In this document: in pieces, positions 19,996 to 29,531 of the stretch
Position numbering within the stretch: position 1 is the first letter of the stretch
Layout: each line of letters starts with the position of its first letter
Assembly (NCBI GenBank): GCA_900550615.1
Contig: URSX01000001.1
Span: 1-55,388 of the forward strand
From: an uncultured Eubacteriales bacterium
GTDB lineage: Bacteria > Bacillota > Clostridia > Oscillospirales > Oscillospiraceae
Direction of reading: 5' to 3'
DNA: 55,388 nt
The notes under the pieces: generated by a model
The model's input: only the letters and a program-made list of their open reading frames with translations
The model's database searches: none
What the model was told of the DNA's origin: nothing
Translations under genes and position numbers: made by a program

Positions 19996-20078
19996 ACGTT
20001 ATCTTCCTTCCTCGTTGCGTTTTTTCTGAAATAGACTGTCTTACTTGCTGAAATTTTGTCCCGGGAATTATTTTATCA

Positions 20079-20759
20079 TTAAATTCCCGCCCCGTCAATC
20101 GTTCCGGACAATATCGCCCCGGGAATTGTGACCTTTCGGCCCTCCATATGCACCTGGCCGCTCTCCCGGAGCTTTTTCAGCTCCCGCATCATGGCGCTGC
20201 GGTCGGTGGATATGTAGTCCGCCAGGGCACTGAGGGAGAAGGGCAGGGTAAAGCTGCCGCCGTTTTTAGCCTGCTGGAGGGAGAAATAGCACAGGAGCTT
20301 ATCCCGGATGCTGCGGCGGCTGAGAACCTCCACCCGTTCGGAAAGGGCCGTGGCCTTTTCGCTGATGAGGCGGAACATATTCTCGATCATGCGATTGTGA
20401 TGGCCGCAGTTTTTTTCACAGCGGTTTTCCAGCTTCTCCTGGGGGAAAAACCACACGCAGCAGGGCTTTTCGCAAAACACGGAGACGCTGTCGCCCAGCA
20501 CGTTGCGGAACATCAGCATCTCGCCGAACACGCCGCCGGGATCCAGATGCTCCAGGATGGTGCGGTCGCCCCGCTGATCCACCCGCTCCACAATGGCGGA
20601 GCCCGTAGCCAGCACGCCGATGGTATGCTGCCCTCTTTCAAAATCGTAGATGATCTCCTCGGGCTTGAAATTTCGCTCCTGCACGCCGAAGCACTCATAG
20701 ATGCGCCGACATTCCTCCGCGGAGATCCCGTCAAACACAGGTGTCTGAGGAATGGTCAT
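20079..20759 (-). CDS. Crp/Fnr-family regulator
   Basis: GGVFGE, LADYISTDRSAMMREL HTH. Confidence 0.85.
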   Translation of the reverse strand: MTIPQTPVFDGISAEECRRIYECFGVQERNFKPEEIIYDFERGQHTIGVLATGSAIVERVDQRGDRTILEHLDPGGVFGEMLMFRNVLGDSVSVFCEKPCCVWFFPQEKLENRCEKNCGHHNRMIENMFRLISEKATALSERVEVLSRRSIRDKLLCYFSLQQAKNGGSFTLPFSLSALADYISTDRSAMMRELKKLRESGQVHMEGRKVTIPGAILSGTIDGAGI

Positions 20760-21438
20760 GGCCTGCCTCCTTTTCCGGGCTATCAGCGCCGCAGCGCAGG
20801 CCCATTTTGTCTCTCTTACGGCCGATGATGACATACACGATGACGTACACCACGGCGCCCCATACCAGGGCCGCCGCCAGGTCGATGAAGGCATGCTGCT
20901 TCACCAGCAACGTGGACGCCGCGATGATCACGAACCAGACGGTGCCGGCGATCCGCCACGCTTTTTTCACCTTGGGCGAGTGCCACATGGCGGCAATGGC
21001 CGCCCACACACCCAGAATATGCACGCTGGGAAACACATTGGCATTATTATCGGCGGCCCAGGTCATCTGCAAAAGCCAGGAGCAGAAGTTCTGCCGGGGC
21101 AGCTCCGCCGGGCGCAGGTCCTGGCCGTTGGGCACGAGGAAGCAAAACAGGGTGGCGGTGGTATAGGCGATGGCGATGAACCACATATAGCGCCGGAAGC
21201 TCTCCGGATCCTTTACGATAAAAAACACACCCAGAAGGAACAACAAGATACCCCAGCTGTCGTAGGGAATGACGAAATACTCACAAAATGGGATGTAGTT
21301 GTCAATGACGGTCTGGGTCGCCCAATAATTGTCGGTGACCACATGCTCCACGGTGAAGTACATGAGCAGATACACCGGCAGAAACAGGCCCCACCACATG
21401 TGGGGATGTGTTTTGATGAAGTGCTTGATCTTTTGCAT
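20731..21438 (-). CDS. PAP2-like membrane phosphatase/phosphoesterase
   Basis: IDNYIPFCEYFVIPY, NVFPSVH, STLLVKQHAFID; hydrophobic segments. Confidence 0.75.
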   Translation of the reverse strand: MQKIKHFIKTHPHMWWGLFLPVYLLMYFTVEHVVTDNYWATQTVIDNYIPFCEYFVIPYDSWGILLFLLGVFFIVKDPESFRRYMWFIAIAYTTATLFCFLVPNGQDLRPAELPRQNFCSWLLQMTWAADNNANVFPSVHILGVWAAIAAMWHSPKVKKAWRIAGTVWFVIIAASTLLVKQHAFIDLAAALVWGAVVYVIVYVIIGRKRDKMGLRCGADSPEKEAGHDHSSDTCV

Positions 21439-21615
21439 ACAGATCCTCCCATGTCTCAAATGTATCTTGGCTATTATAGCATATTTCCCGGCAGACGCCA
21501 TAGGGGAAAACGAAAATGTCACTGGTTTTTTACAATTTTTTTGCGCGGCGCTTGCGGAGAAGACCGTTTTTATATTATACTGTGCATATCTGTCATACTT
21601 AGAGGAGGACGCAGT

Positions 21616-22872
21616 ATGCTGCTGAAACGGGAAAATAAAGACAATCGCCAGGTGGTGCTGACCATCCAGGTGGAGCAGGACGTCTGGGAAAAGGCGCTGG
21701 AGGAGGCCTATGAACAGAGCAAGGCTCTGTTTAAAAAGGAAGACGGCTCCCTGCCTACCCGGCAGGAGATGGAGGAAAAGCACGGGGCGGACGTGTTCTA
21801 TCAGGACGCGGTGAACTGTACCTTCCCCATCGCCCTGGTGGAGGCCGTGCGCCAGGAGGACATCAGCGTGGCCGGGGCCCCGGAGCTGAGCGTGGAGGCC
21901 ATCGGCCCGGAGGGCTATGTGTTCACCGCGCTCATCGACCTGTATCCGGAGGTGAAGCTGGGGCAGTACAAGGGGCTCTCCGCCCCCCGGCCCACAGTGG
22001 AGCTTACCGACGCGGACGTGACCGCCGCCATCGACGAGTATTTGCAGAGCCATCTCATGGAGGAGCACCCGGAAAAGGCCGCCATGGGCGACGAGGTGGT
22101 GCTGGACTTTGAAGGTTTTGTAGACGGCGTGCCCTTTGACGGCGGCAAGGCGGAGGGGTATCCCCTGCTGCTGGGCAGCGGCTACTTTATCCCGGGCTTT
22201 GAGGAGCAGGTGGCGGGCATGGCCGTAGGCTGTGAGCGGGATATTTCCGTCACCTTCCCCACCCAATACGCCCCGGAGCTGGCCGGGAAGGACGCGGTGT
22301 TCCACATCAGAGTCCACAAGATCACCCGCCGGGCAAAGCCCGTTTTGACTGACGAATTTGCCAAGGCCCAGGGCTTTGAAGATGTCTCCGCCCTGCGCCG
22401 GAGCATCATGGAGCAAGCCGTGCAAAATAAGCAGCAGGAGGCCGCCGACGCCTATGCTGATGCCCTGGTGCAGCAGGTCATCGAGGGCATGGAGGCGGAC
22501 ATCCCGGAGCGGATGGTCACCAGCCAGCTGGATGGGCTCATGCACGATCTGGAGCAGCAGCTCATGCAGCAGGGCGCCACCATGGACGCCTATCTGGAGA
22601 TGGCCGGGCTTACCCGGGACGATCTGCGCCGCCAGGCGGAGAGCAGCGCCCGCTCCTCCGTGGAGTTTGAGCTGGCCATGACGGAGATCGCCCGGCTGGA
22701 GGACATCCGGTTTACCGATGAGGAACTGGAGGAGAAATACACCCAGATGTCCGCCCTCTACGGCATGACACCGGAGCAGCTGAAGCAGAATCTGCCCAAG
22801 GAGCGCCTGATCCATGACCTGCGCCTGGCAAGGGCCCGGGCCATTGTGGTGGACAGCGCCAAGCCTATGTGA
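21616..22872 (+). CDS. tig: Trigger factor paralog
   Basis: FKBP domain (DFEGFVDG, LGSGYFIPGFEEQ, LAGKDAVF) and C-terminal chaperone domain; GAGGAGG RBS. Confidence 0.8.
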   Translation: MLLKRENKDNRQVVLTIQVEQDVWEKALEEAYEQSKALFKKEDGSLPTRQEMEEKHGADVFYQDAVNCTFPIALVEAVRQEDISVAGAPELSVEAIGPEGYVFTALIDLYPEVKLGQYKGLSAPRPTVELTDADVTAAIDEYLQSHLMEEHPEKAAMGDEVVLDFEGFVDGVPFDGGKAEGYPLLLGSGYFIPGFEEQVAGMAVGCERDISVTFPTQYAPELAGKDAVFHIRVHKITRRAKPVLTDEFAKAQGFEDVSALRRSIMEQAVQNKQQEAADAYADALVQQVIEGMEADIPERMVTSQLDGLMHDLEQQLMQQGATMDAYLEMAGLTRDDLRRQAESSARSSVEFELAMTEIARLEDIRFTDEELEEKYTQMSALYGMTPEQLKQNLPKERLIHDLRLARARAIVVDSAKPM

Positions 22873-22881
22873 CACAGCGAG

Positions 22882-22921
22882 AAAGCAAACAGAGGAGCCG
22901 TAGGGCTCCTCTGTTTGCTTT
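22882..22921. terminator. Bidirectional terminator
   Basis: AAAGCAAACAGAGGAGCC / GGCTCCTCTGTTTGCTTT between convergent genes. Confidence 0.8.
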
Positions 22922-22940
22922 CCTCACGATCCATCCTATG

Positions 22941-23159
22941 TTATGACATGGTTTTCTTGCCCGGGGTGAGCTTGCGCTTGTTGCCGTGCTCGTCCACGAT
23001 CCAGGTGTTGTCCAGCTCCCGGCGGAGATTGCCCATCACGCTGTTGAGGTACTCCTGCCGCAGCGCCGCCCGCTCCGCCGTCTCCTCCGGGGTCAGGCCC
23101 TCGGGGGTTTTGGCCTTGTGGGCCAGCTCATTGATGCGATCGATCTTTTTCTGTTCCAT
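22941..23159 (-). CDS. DUF896 (YnzC-like) protein
   Basis: IDRINELAHKAK..GLTPEE..ERAALRQEYL. Confidence 0.85.
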   Translation of the reverse strand: MEQKKIDRINELAHKAKTPEGLTPEETAERAALRQEYLNSVMGNLRRELDNTWIVDEHGNKRKLTPGKKTMS

Positions 23160-23170
23160 ATTGCCGCTCC

Positions 23171-23956
23171 TTATATAAATCGTTTCATGGTGATGGCGGT
23201 ACGGCCCTTGCGGCTCTGCCCGCCTACCTCCTCCAGCAGGCATTTGCCCAGACCGCGCACCGTCAGCACATCGCCCTGCCGGACAGGGGCGTCCGGCTTG
23301 TCACAGGGCATCCAGTTTACCTCCGCCTTGCCGCTGCGGATCAGATCCGCCGCCGCACTGCGGCCAACGGCAAAGCCCGCGGCGAGCACACTGTCCAGGC
23401 GCAGAGATGCCACCGTATCCCGCAGCTGCTTCGTCTGCTCTGCCGGGATCAGAAGCTCCGCCGGGTCGATCCGCTCCACCTGCAGGTGCACCCGACCCGC
23501 CTGGGTCCATTCCCGCAGGAGATGCTCCGTCACACTGCTGCCCACCAGCACATCGGCCCACTGCGGCGACACCAGAATATCGCCCACCTTCTCCCGGGTG
23601 AGGCCCAGGCCCATGAGGCTGCCCAGAAAATCCCGGTGGGTGGGGTGCTCCGTGTGATAAAACCGGCAACGCAGGCAGTGAATGGCATCCGCATCCGGCC
23701 CGTCCATCCACTCCGGAAGGAAGTGCAGCTGTCTGCGCTGGGCCCCCTCGTACCCACCCCAGAGGATCCAGCCCTCCCGGGCGCCCAGGGCCTGGAGCAT
23801 CTGCTGGGCCAGGGCCTGCTCATGGGGTGAAAGAAATCCGCTGACCTCCGGTATATTCCGGCTGCGGCAGCGCTCCCATCCGTCCCACAGGCGGCCCAGC
23901 AGCACCCGCTCTTCCGCCGTGGCGGATATTTTATCCAGCAGCTCGCGTCTGTTCAA
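23171..23956 (-). CDS. ylmH: YlmH-like S4-domain RNA-binding protein
   Basis: HRDFLGSLMGLG..REKVGDI, SLRLDSV, VRGLGK; TTG start after GGAGGAG. Confidence 0.85.
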   Translation of the reverse strand: MNRRELLDKISATAEERVLLGRLWDGWERCRSRNIPEVSGFLSPHEQALAQQMLQALGAREGWILWGGYEGAQRRQLHFLPEWMDGPDADAIHCLRCRFYHTEHPTHRDFLGSLMGLGLTREKVGDILVSPQWADVLVGSSVTEHLLREWTQAGRVHLQVERIDPAELLIPAEQTKQLRDTVASLRLDSVLAAGFAVGRSAAADLIRSGKAEVNWMPCDKPDAPVRQGDVLTVRGLGKCLLEEVGGQSRKGRTAITMKRFI

Positions 23957-24013
23957 GATTTCTCCTCCCTCCACAAAAGCGCCCTGCCGAAAAAGCAGGG
24001 CGCCGGTGTTTTT

Positions 24014-24814
24014 TTACCACACAAGGACTCCGATGGTAAGGGTCTGGCCATCCACGGTGGCGGTAATGGTGGCTTTCCCGGAGGAAACAGCCGTTACCGT
24101 ACCCGAGGCATCCACAGACGCCACCTGGGTATTCGAAGAGCTCCAGCTGACAGCGGAGTCCGTTCCGTCTACTTCCAGGGGAACGCTTTCCCCTATATTG
24201 CAGGAGAATTCCCCGGACGTGCCGTAAATGGACTGCAGCGTCAGAGTCTTCTGCACCGGTGTATCCGGTGTATCCGGAACATCCGGCTCCTCCGGCTTCA
24301 CCGGATCCTCCGACGCCGGGGCTGTGACCGTCACCCGGCAGGTAGCCGCCTGCTCAGCCGCCTTCACTGTGATTACCGCGCTGCCTGCGCCCACTGCCTT
24401 CACCGTTCCGTCCACCGTCACGGTGGCAACGCCCTCGTCGCTGCTGGAGAAGGTGATCTTATCCGCGCCGGTTGCCGACAGCACAACGCTGTTGCCCACC
24501 GCCAGCTCCACGCTGCTCTGGCTCAGGGTCAGGGTCTGCGTTTCGGGCTGGGGCTCCACATTCTTCTTCCCGCCGAAAATGTCCTTCAGCTGGCTGCCGA
24601 AAATGGTATAGGCCGCCAGGCCCAGCACCAGCACCAGGCACACCACCACGGCCACGCCGCCTACCTTCGGCTTGGCGCGGCCGCCGCCGGTCCGGCGGTG
24701 GCTGTGCTTGACGGGCTTGTCGCTGTGCAGCTCCTCATCCTCCTGGCAGAAGGGGCAGGTTTTATATGTATCGGAGAACATCTCTCCGCATTTCGGGCAT
24801 TTCAAAAGTCGCAT
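24014..24814 (-). CDS. Membrane-anchored protein with zinc ribbon and two Ig-like (Big_2) domains
   Basis: CPKC..CPFC, a TM helix, repeated SSSDEGVATV..G.V.AV motifs. Confidence 0.7.
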   Translation of the reverse strand: MRLLKCPKCGEMFSDTYKTCPFCQEDEELHSDKPVKHSHRRTGGGRAKPKVGGVAVVVCLVLVLGLAAYTIFGSQLKDIFGGKKNVEPQPETQTLTLSQSSVELAVGNSVVLSATGADKITFSSSDEGVATVTVDGTVKAVGAGSAVITVKAAEQAATCRVTVTAPASEDPVKPEEPDVPDTPDTPVQKTLTLQSIYGTSGEFSCNIGESVPLEVDGTDSAVSWSSSNTQVASVDASGTVTAVSSGKATITATVDGQTLTIGVLVW

Positions 24815-24975
24815 TGCATATCCTCCCATTTAGACTCTGCTTTCTATTATACGTTTTTCCCTCTTTGCGTCAACTGAAAAACTCGGAAATTCATGCTTTT
24901 TTTACATTGTTCCTTGCTTTTGCCAACTCATTTTCCTATAATGGAAGAAACAGTTATTGCGGAGGTTCATTGCCC

Positions 24976-25464
24976 ATGAAGACCATGATCATCGGCATCG
25001 CCGGCGGCACCGGCAGCGGCAAAACCACCCTGACGGAGCACCTGGCCGCCCACTTCGGCGCAAACATCAGCGTGGTACACCATGACAATTACTATAAGCG
25101 GCAGAATGTCCCCTTTGCCGAGCGCTGCAAGCAGAACTATGACCATCCCGACGCCTTCGACACCGACCTGATGGTGCAGCAGCTCCGGGAGCTGATGGAT
25201 ATCCGCATTTTTGTGGAGACGGACGCAGATGTGCGCATCCTCCGCCGGGCCCTGCGGGACGTGGAAGAGCGGGGCCGCTCCATGCAGTCGGTGGTGCAGC
25301 AGTATCTCACCACCGTCAAGCCCATGCACGAGCAGTTCGTGGAGCCCACCCGGAAATATGCTGATATCGTTGTGCTGGAGGGTGGCCACAACCTGGTAGC
25401 CCTGGATCTCATCATGCAGCGCATCGCCGGGCATATCGCGGAGAATTCTGCCCATGAAGAATAA
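24976..25464 (+). CDS. udk: Uridine kinase with an apparent internal in-frame deletion
   Basis: GIAGGTGSGKT, NYDHPDAFD, RDVEERGR, VKPMHEQFVEP; only 162 aa, central segment missing. Confidence 0.8.
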   Translation: MKTMIIGIAGGTGSGKTTLTEHLAAHFGANISVVHHDNYYKRQNVPFAERCKQNYDHPDAFDTDLMVQQLRELMDIRIFVETDADVRILRRALRDVEERGRSMQSVVQQYLTTVKPMHEQFVEPTRKYADIVVLEGGHNLVALDLIMQRIAGHIAENSAHEE

Positions 25465-26215
25465 GGTGTTGCGCGGGACGCTGGCCGGTCTGCTGCTGGC
25501 CCTGGCAGTGTATTTCCTGCTGCCGCTGGCCATCGGCGTGCACCATGTGGGGATGTTCTTCCCGGCGGCCATTTTTCTGGTGTTTGCCTGGATGCTGCTG
25601 CGCCCGGCGAAGCTCCGGAAGCTGCTCACGGGATGCCACCGCGCGCTGTGGCGCAGTCTGCTGGCCCTGTTCGCCGCAGGGCTGCTGTGCGTGAGCGTGA
25701 TTCTGGGGCTGATGGTGTATCAGGCGACCGACCGCCCCCAGTCCGACACCCCCTGCACCGTGCTGGTTCTGGGCTGCGAGGTCAAGGGCACACGCCCCAG
25801 CAAAATGCTCGCCGCCCGCATTGACAGCGCCTTGGACTACCTCTCCCAGAACCCGGACGCCGTATGCATCGCCTGCGGCGGCATGGCGGACAACGAGGTC
25901 ATCACCGAAGCCCAGTGCATCCGGGACGAACTGGTGCGCCGGGGCATTGATCCCGGTCGGATCTATCTGGAGGAGCAATCCCTGAACACCCGGCAGAACA
26001 TCTCCTTTGCCGCGGAGATCATCCGGGAAAAGGGTCTTCCTGCGGAGGTTGCCGTGGCCTCCGACAATTTCCACCAGCTCCGCGCGGCCATATATGCCCG
26101 CACGTATGGTTTACAGGCCCAGTCCCTGGGCTGCCATTCCTACTGGTTCCTGGGGCCAGGCTACTGGGCCAGGGAGGTCATTGCTGTGGCCGCTGCCTGG
26201 GCGTTCGGACGGTAA
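25454..26215 (+). CDS. YdcF/ElyC (DUF218) family protein
   Basis: VLVLG, EEQSLNTRQN, FHQLRA, RE motifs; N-terminal TM segments. Confidence 0.8.
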   Translation: MKNKVLRGTLAGLLLALAVYFLLPLAIGVHHVGMFFPAAIFLVFAWMLLRPAKLRKLLTGCHRALWRSLLALFAAGLLCVSVILGLMVYQATDRPQSDTPCTVLVLGCEVKGTRPSKMLAARIDSALDYLSQNPDAVCIACGGMADNEVITEAQCIRDELVRRGIDPGRIYLEEQSLNTRQNISFAAEIIREKGLPAEVAVASDNFHQLRAAIYARTYGLQAQSLGCHSYWFLGPGYWAREVIAVAAAWAFGR

Positions 26216-26266
26216 AGCGATAACGAATTGTATAATTTTATCCAACTAATACGAATTGAAATCAAA

Positions 26267-26304
26267 AATGTACCCCCTCCGGCTTACGCCGGAGGGGGTA
26301 CATT
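26267..26304. terminator. Terminator between convergent genes
   Basis: ATGTACCCCCTCCGGC / GCCGGAGGGGGTACAT. Confidence 0.75.
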
Positions 26305-26320
26305 ATAAGTATAGGATCAT

Positions 26321-26815
26321 TCAGCCTTTACTCATCTGGTCGTAGACCACGTCGGCGGCACGGAAGAACTTCAGGGCCGCCCGGTCGTAGTCCCCCTTAT
26401 AGTAGTCGCTGTCCAGCGCCTTGCGCAGCGCGGTCTCCTGGGTGTCAGTGATGGAGCCATTCACGCTGTCGCCGTAGAGCACATAGTAGTCCTTGCCCTC
26501 TATCAGCAGCAGCAGCATATCATTCTGTCCCAGGCCCCATTCTTTACCCAGCATAGCGGCATACCGCTCCCCGGACCAGCCGTGGGTGCTGCCCACCGTG
26601 GCCACAGCCACCACGGCGCTGTAGCGGCTGTCCCACTGGTCGTTGTAGCTCTCCAGCGACTCCCGGGTGGACTCCGTCAGCATCACCGCGTCGTCGGCGA
26701 TCCACTGCTGATACTGCACCGCTATGGGCTTGCGACTGAGGCCGTACAAAGATCCGGCCACAACCACCAGCACCAGCACCGCCAGAGCAAAGCCCCGGCT
26801 CTTGAATACCTTCAT
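26321..26815 (-). CDS. TPM-domain protein
   Basis: Signal anchor, IADDAVML, WGLGQNDMLLL, GDYDRA pattern. Confidence 0.65.
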   Translation of the reverse strand: MKVFKSRGFALAVLVLVVVAGSLYGLSRKPIAVQYQQWIADDAVMLTESTRESLESYNDQWDSRYSAVVAVATVGSTHGWSGERYAAMLGKEWGLGQNDMLLLLIEGKDYYVLYGDSVNGSITDTQETALRKALDSDYYKGDYDRAALKFFRAADVVYDQMSKG

Positions 26816-26840
26816 GTTTCCGCTCCTTTCACGGAGGTTC

Positions 26841-28004
26841 TTACTTGTGCAGCTCCATGAGCTTCTGCTTCAGCTCGCCCTCGATGCGGCCCAGCTCAAC
26901 CTCGGCGGCCTTGCGCTTGGCGGCACCCTCCTGCTGGATGGCCAGCACCTCGTCCAGGGTGGAGATGAGCTGCTGGTTGGTGTGCTGCAGGGTCTCAATG
27001 TCCACGATGGAGCGCTCGGCCTCCTTGGCGGTGGCGATGGTGCCCATCTTCAGGGTGTCGGCATTCTTTTTGAGCAGGTCGTTGGTCATCTCGGTGACGG
27101 CGTTCTGGGCGGCGGTGGCCTGGCGGCCATGCTCCATGCCCAGAGCCAGCACCATCTGGCTCTTCCACAGGGGGATGGTGTTCACCAGAGAGGACTGGAT
27201 CTTCTCCACCATCTGGGTGTCGTTATTCTGCAGCAGGCGGGTCTGGGGACCCATCTGCACGGAGATCATACGGGTCAGCTCCAGGTCGTGGAGCTTCTTT
27301 TCAAAGCGGTTGCACAGGTTCACCATGTCGTTGTAGGCCTGGGCGTCCTCGGCAAGGCCGGACTTCTCCGCCTTGATGCGCAGCTCCTCCAACTGCCCAC
27401 TGCGTACCTCCTCCAGCCGCTTCTTGCCGGCCAGAATGTACATGGTCAGTTCCTTATAATACTTCAGGTTCAGCTCATACATCTGATCGAACATGGCAAT
27501 GTCCTTCATCAGCGTGATCTGATGCTGCTCCAGGGATTGGGCAATGCGGTCCACATTGGCCTCCACCTTGCCGTACTGGGCCTTCATGCTCTCAATCTTG
27601 TTGCCGGCCTTGCGGAACAGACCCGCCAGCCCCTTCTTCTCCTCGCCGGAGCCAAAGCCCTTCAGCTGCACCACCAGCTCGCTGAGATCGGCACCCACCT
27701 CGCCCAGATCCTTGCTGCGGACATTGCTCAGGGCGTTCTCAGAAAAGCCCGCCACGCTCTTCTGGGCGGCGGCACCATACTGCAGGACCATGTTGGTATC
27801 GGTGATGTCGATCTTCTTGGAAAACTCCTCCACGGCCTTCTTTTCCTGCTCGGTGAGCAGCTTGTCATCCAGCTCCACAGGCTCGATCTTCTTCTCCTCC
27901 ACCTGCTCGGCGGCGGTAGGCTCCAGCGTCAGCTCCGGCACGGCGGCAGCGGTCTCGGTCTCAGTAGGGGTCAGGGTCAGTTCAGGGGTCATGTTCTCAG
28001 TCAT
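26841..28004 (-). CDS. telA: TelA-family toxic anion resistance protein
   Basis: QYGAAAQ, NTIPLWKSQ, RSIVDIETL; coiled coil. Confidence 0.88.
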   Translation of the reverse strand: MTENMTPELTLTPTETETAAAVPELTLEPTAAEQVEEKKIEPVELDDKLLTEQEKKAVEEFSKKIDITDTNMVLQYGAAAQKSVAGFSENALSNVRSKDLGEVGADLSELVVQLKGFGSGEEKKGLAGLFRKAGNKIESMKAQYGKVEANVDRIAQSLEQHQITLMKDIAMFDQMYELNLKYYKELTMYILAGKKRLEEVRSGQLEELRIKAEKSGLAEDAQAYNDMVNLCNRFEKKLHDLELTRMISVQMGPQTRLLQNNDTQMVEKIQSSLVNTIPLWKSQMVLALGMEHGRQATAAQNAVTEMTNDLLKKNADTLKMGTIATAKEAERSIVDIETLQHTNQQLISTLDEVLAIQQEGAAKRKAAEVELGRIEGELKQKLMELHK

Positions 28005-28022
28005 AGTACAGTCCTCGCTTTC

Positions 28023-28733
28023 TTATAATTCCAGTTGAATGCCGCCGTCAGACGGCTCCGATTTTTCTTCCTTCACTTCGTTTGCGGTGCGGTGCACGGC
28101 ATCCTCTGCCAGCCCCTCCCGGGCCATCATGTTCTCCAGAACGGTGATGTCCGTGGAGATATCCAGGGCTTCGGCGCCGAACAGGGCGTCCAGCTGTCGC
28201 TCAAAGGCGGTAACGATGGTGCCCATGATGTTCTCCACCCGCTCCATGGTGCCGCTGATATTGCCGCCGGAAACGCCCTGAGCGCCCATACGGTCATAGG
28301 CATTGAGCAGCTTCAGCGTGGTGGGCAGGTAATAGTCCATAAATTTGCGGATCTGGGGCAGCTTCTCCGGCTTCTGCTTCACCTGGTCGAAGATCTTGCC
28401 CGACAGCTCCTCCAGCTGGCGGATCTGGCCGCTGATGACTTCGTCGGCAATGGCATCGTCCAGCCGCCGCATCTCCTTCAAGGCCAGCTGCCCTTCGGCG
28501 ATCATCTTGTCCAGGGCCTCGTTGCCGGTGCGCTCCGGCTCCGGTTCCACCTCGATGACCTCCTTTACATCCTTAAAGAGGCAGCGGCCGGCAAAATACG
28601 CCGCCAGCGCCACCGCCGCCGCAATGGCAAAATGCCCCACCTTATACAGCGGGAACACCAGTGCATAAACGGTCCACACACCCGCTGCCATGTAGATGGG
28701 GACAGAGGACTTATGTACGATCACTTTTTTCAT
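28023..28733 (-). CDS. xpaC: XpaC-like 5-bromo-4-chloroindolyl phosphate hydrolysis protein
   Basis: FMDYYLPTTLKLLNAY, LDISTDITVL; directly upstream of telA. Confidence 0.8.
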   Translation of the reverse strand: MKKVIVHKSSVPIYMAAGVWTVYALVFPLYKVGHFAIAAAVALAAYFAGRCLFKDVKEVIEVEPEPERTGNEALDKMIAEGQLALKEMRRLDDAIADEVISGQIRQLEELSGKIFDQVKQKPEKLPQIRKFMDYYLPTTLKLLNAYDRMGAQGVSGGNISGTMERVENIMGTIVTAFERQLDALFGAEALDISTDITVLENMMAREGLAEDAVHRTANEVKEEKSEPSDGGIQLEL

Positions 28734-28859
28734 AGCCTCGTCTCCCTCCGGGATCGATTTTCTTTTCTATTATACAGTATCTCACCCCCAGGGTCAAGAA
28801 AAACAGGCGGTCAATTTAACCGCCCGCCGAGCCGTTCTCTTTCCGTTTTTTCTCCGCTC

Positions 28860-29390
28860 TCATCCAATCCCCCGGGTGCCTGTCACCGGGTCGATGAACA
28901 CCGCCAGGTCCGGTGCCCGGAAGGTAAACAGCAAAAATAGCGCCCATACCCCCAGCAGTACCAATATCCCCAGCACCGTCCAGCCGCCGCCGCTGAGCTG
29001 TCGCCGCTTCTGAAGGGTCCAGCTCACCCAGAAGGCCAGCAGCACCGCTACCTGGAATATCAGGATATCCACGATCATGCTGCCTTTTCCCACGATGCCC
29101 TTGTAGCCGTAAAACAGCAGCGGGATCGCTGCCAGGCCCGCCAGCAGTCCCGCCGCCCGGGGCGCCGTCGTGCCGCCGGAGCGCAGGGCGATGCACTCCA
29201 CGATGGAAAACAGGATCCACGGCACCGCCAGCAGCTTCATATGCTCCCAGGTGGATTCGTTCACGGCGGAAAACAGAGCCGCCGCCACGCTCTTCCCCGT
29301 CCAGTCGTATACAAAATGCAGCAGGTTCCCCGCCGCCAGTGTCCACAAAAGGCCAATGACCGCCCATGTGCGCCAGTGCATATCCTTCAT
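28860..29390 (-). CDS. Conserved membrane protein (DUF6512-like)
   Basis: LHFVYDW, VNESTWEHMKL motif; several TM segments. Confidence 0.65.
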   Translation of the reverse strand: MKDMHWRTWAVIGLLWTLAAGNLLHFVYDWTGKSVAAALFSAVNESTWEHMKLLAVPWILFSIVECIALRSGGTTAPRAAGLLAGLAAIPLLFYGYKGIVGKGSMIVDILIFQVAVLLAFWVSWTLQKRRQLSGGGWTVLGILVLLGVWALFLLFTFRAPDLAVFIDPVTGTRGIG

Positions 29391-29531
29391 ATCCGTTTGC
29401 CTCCTTTGCGCTTTACTCTATTTTATACAAATATGGGCCGTTTCATACGGCGCGATTTTCGTTGCATTTTGGCTCGGATGGCGTTACAATAGGGCATATC
29501 ATTCCAAGCATTTCAGCAAAGGAGAGATACA

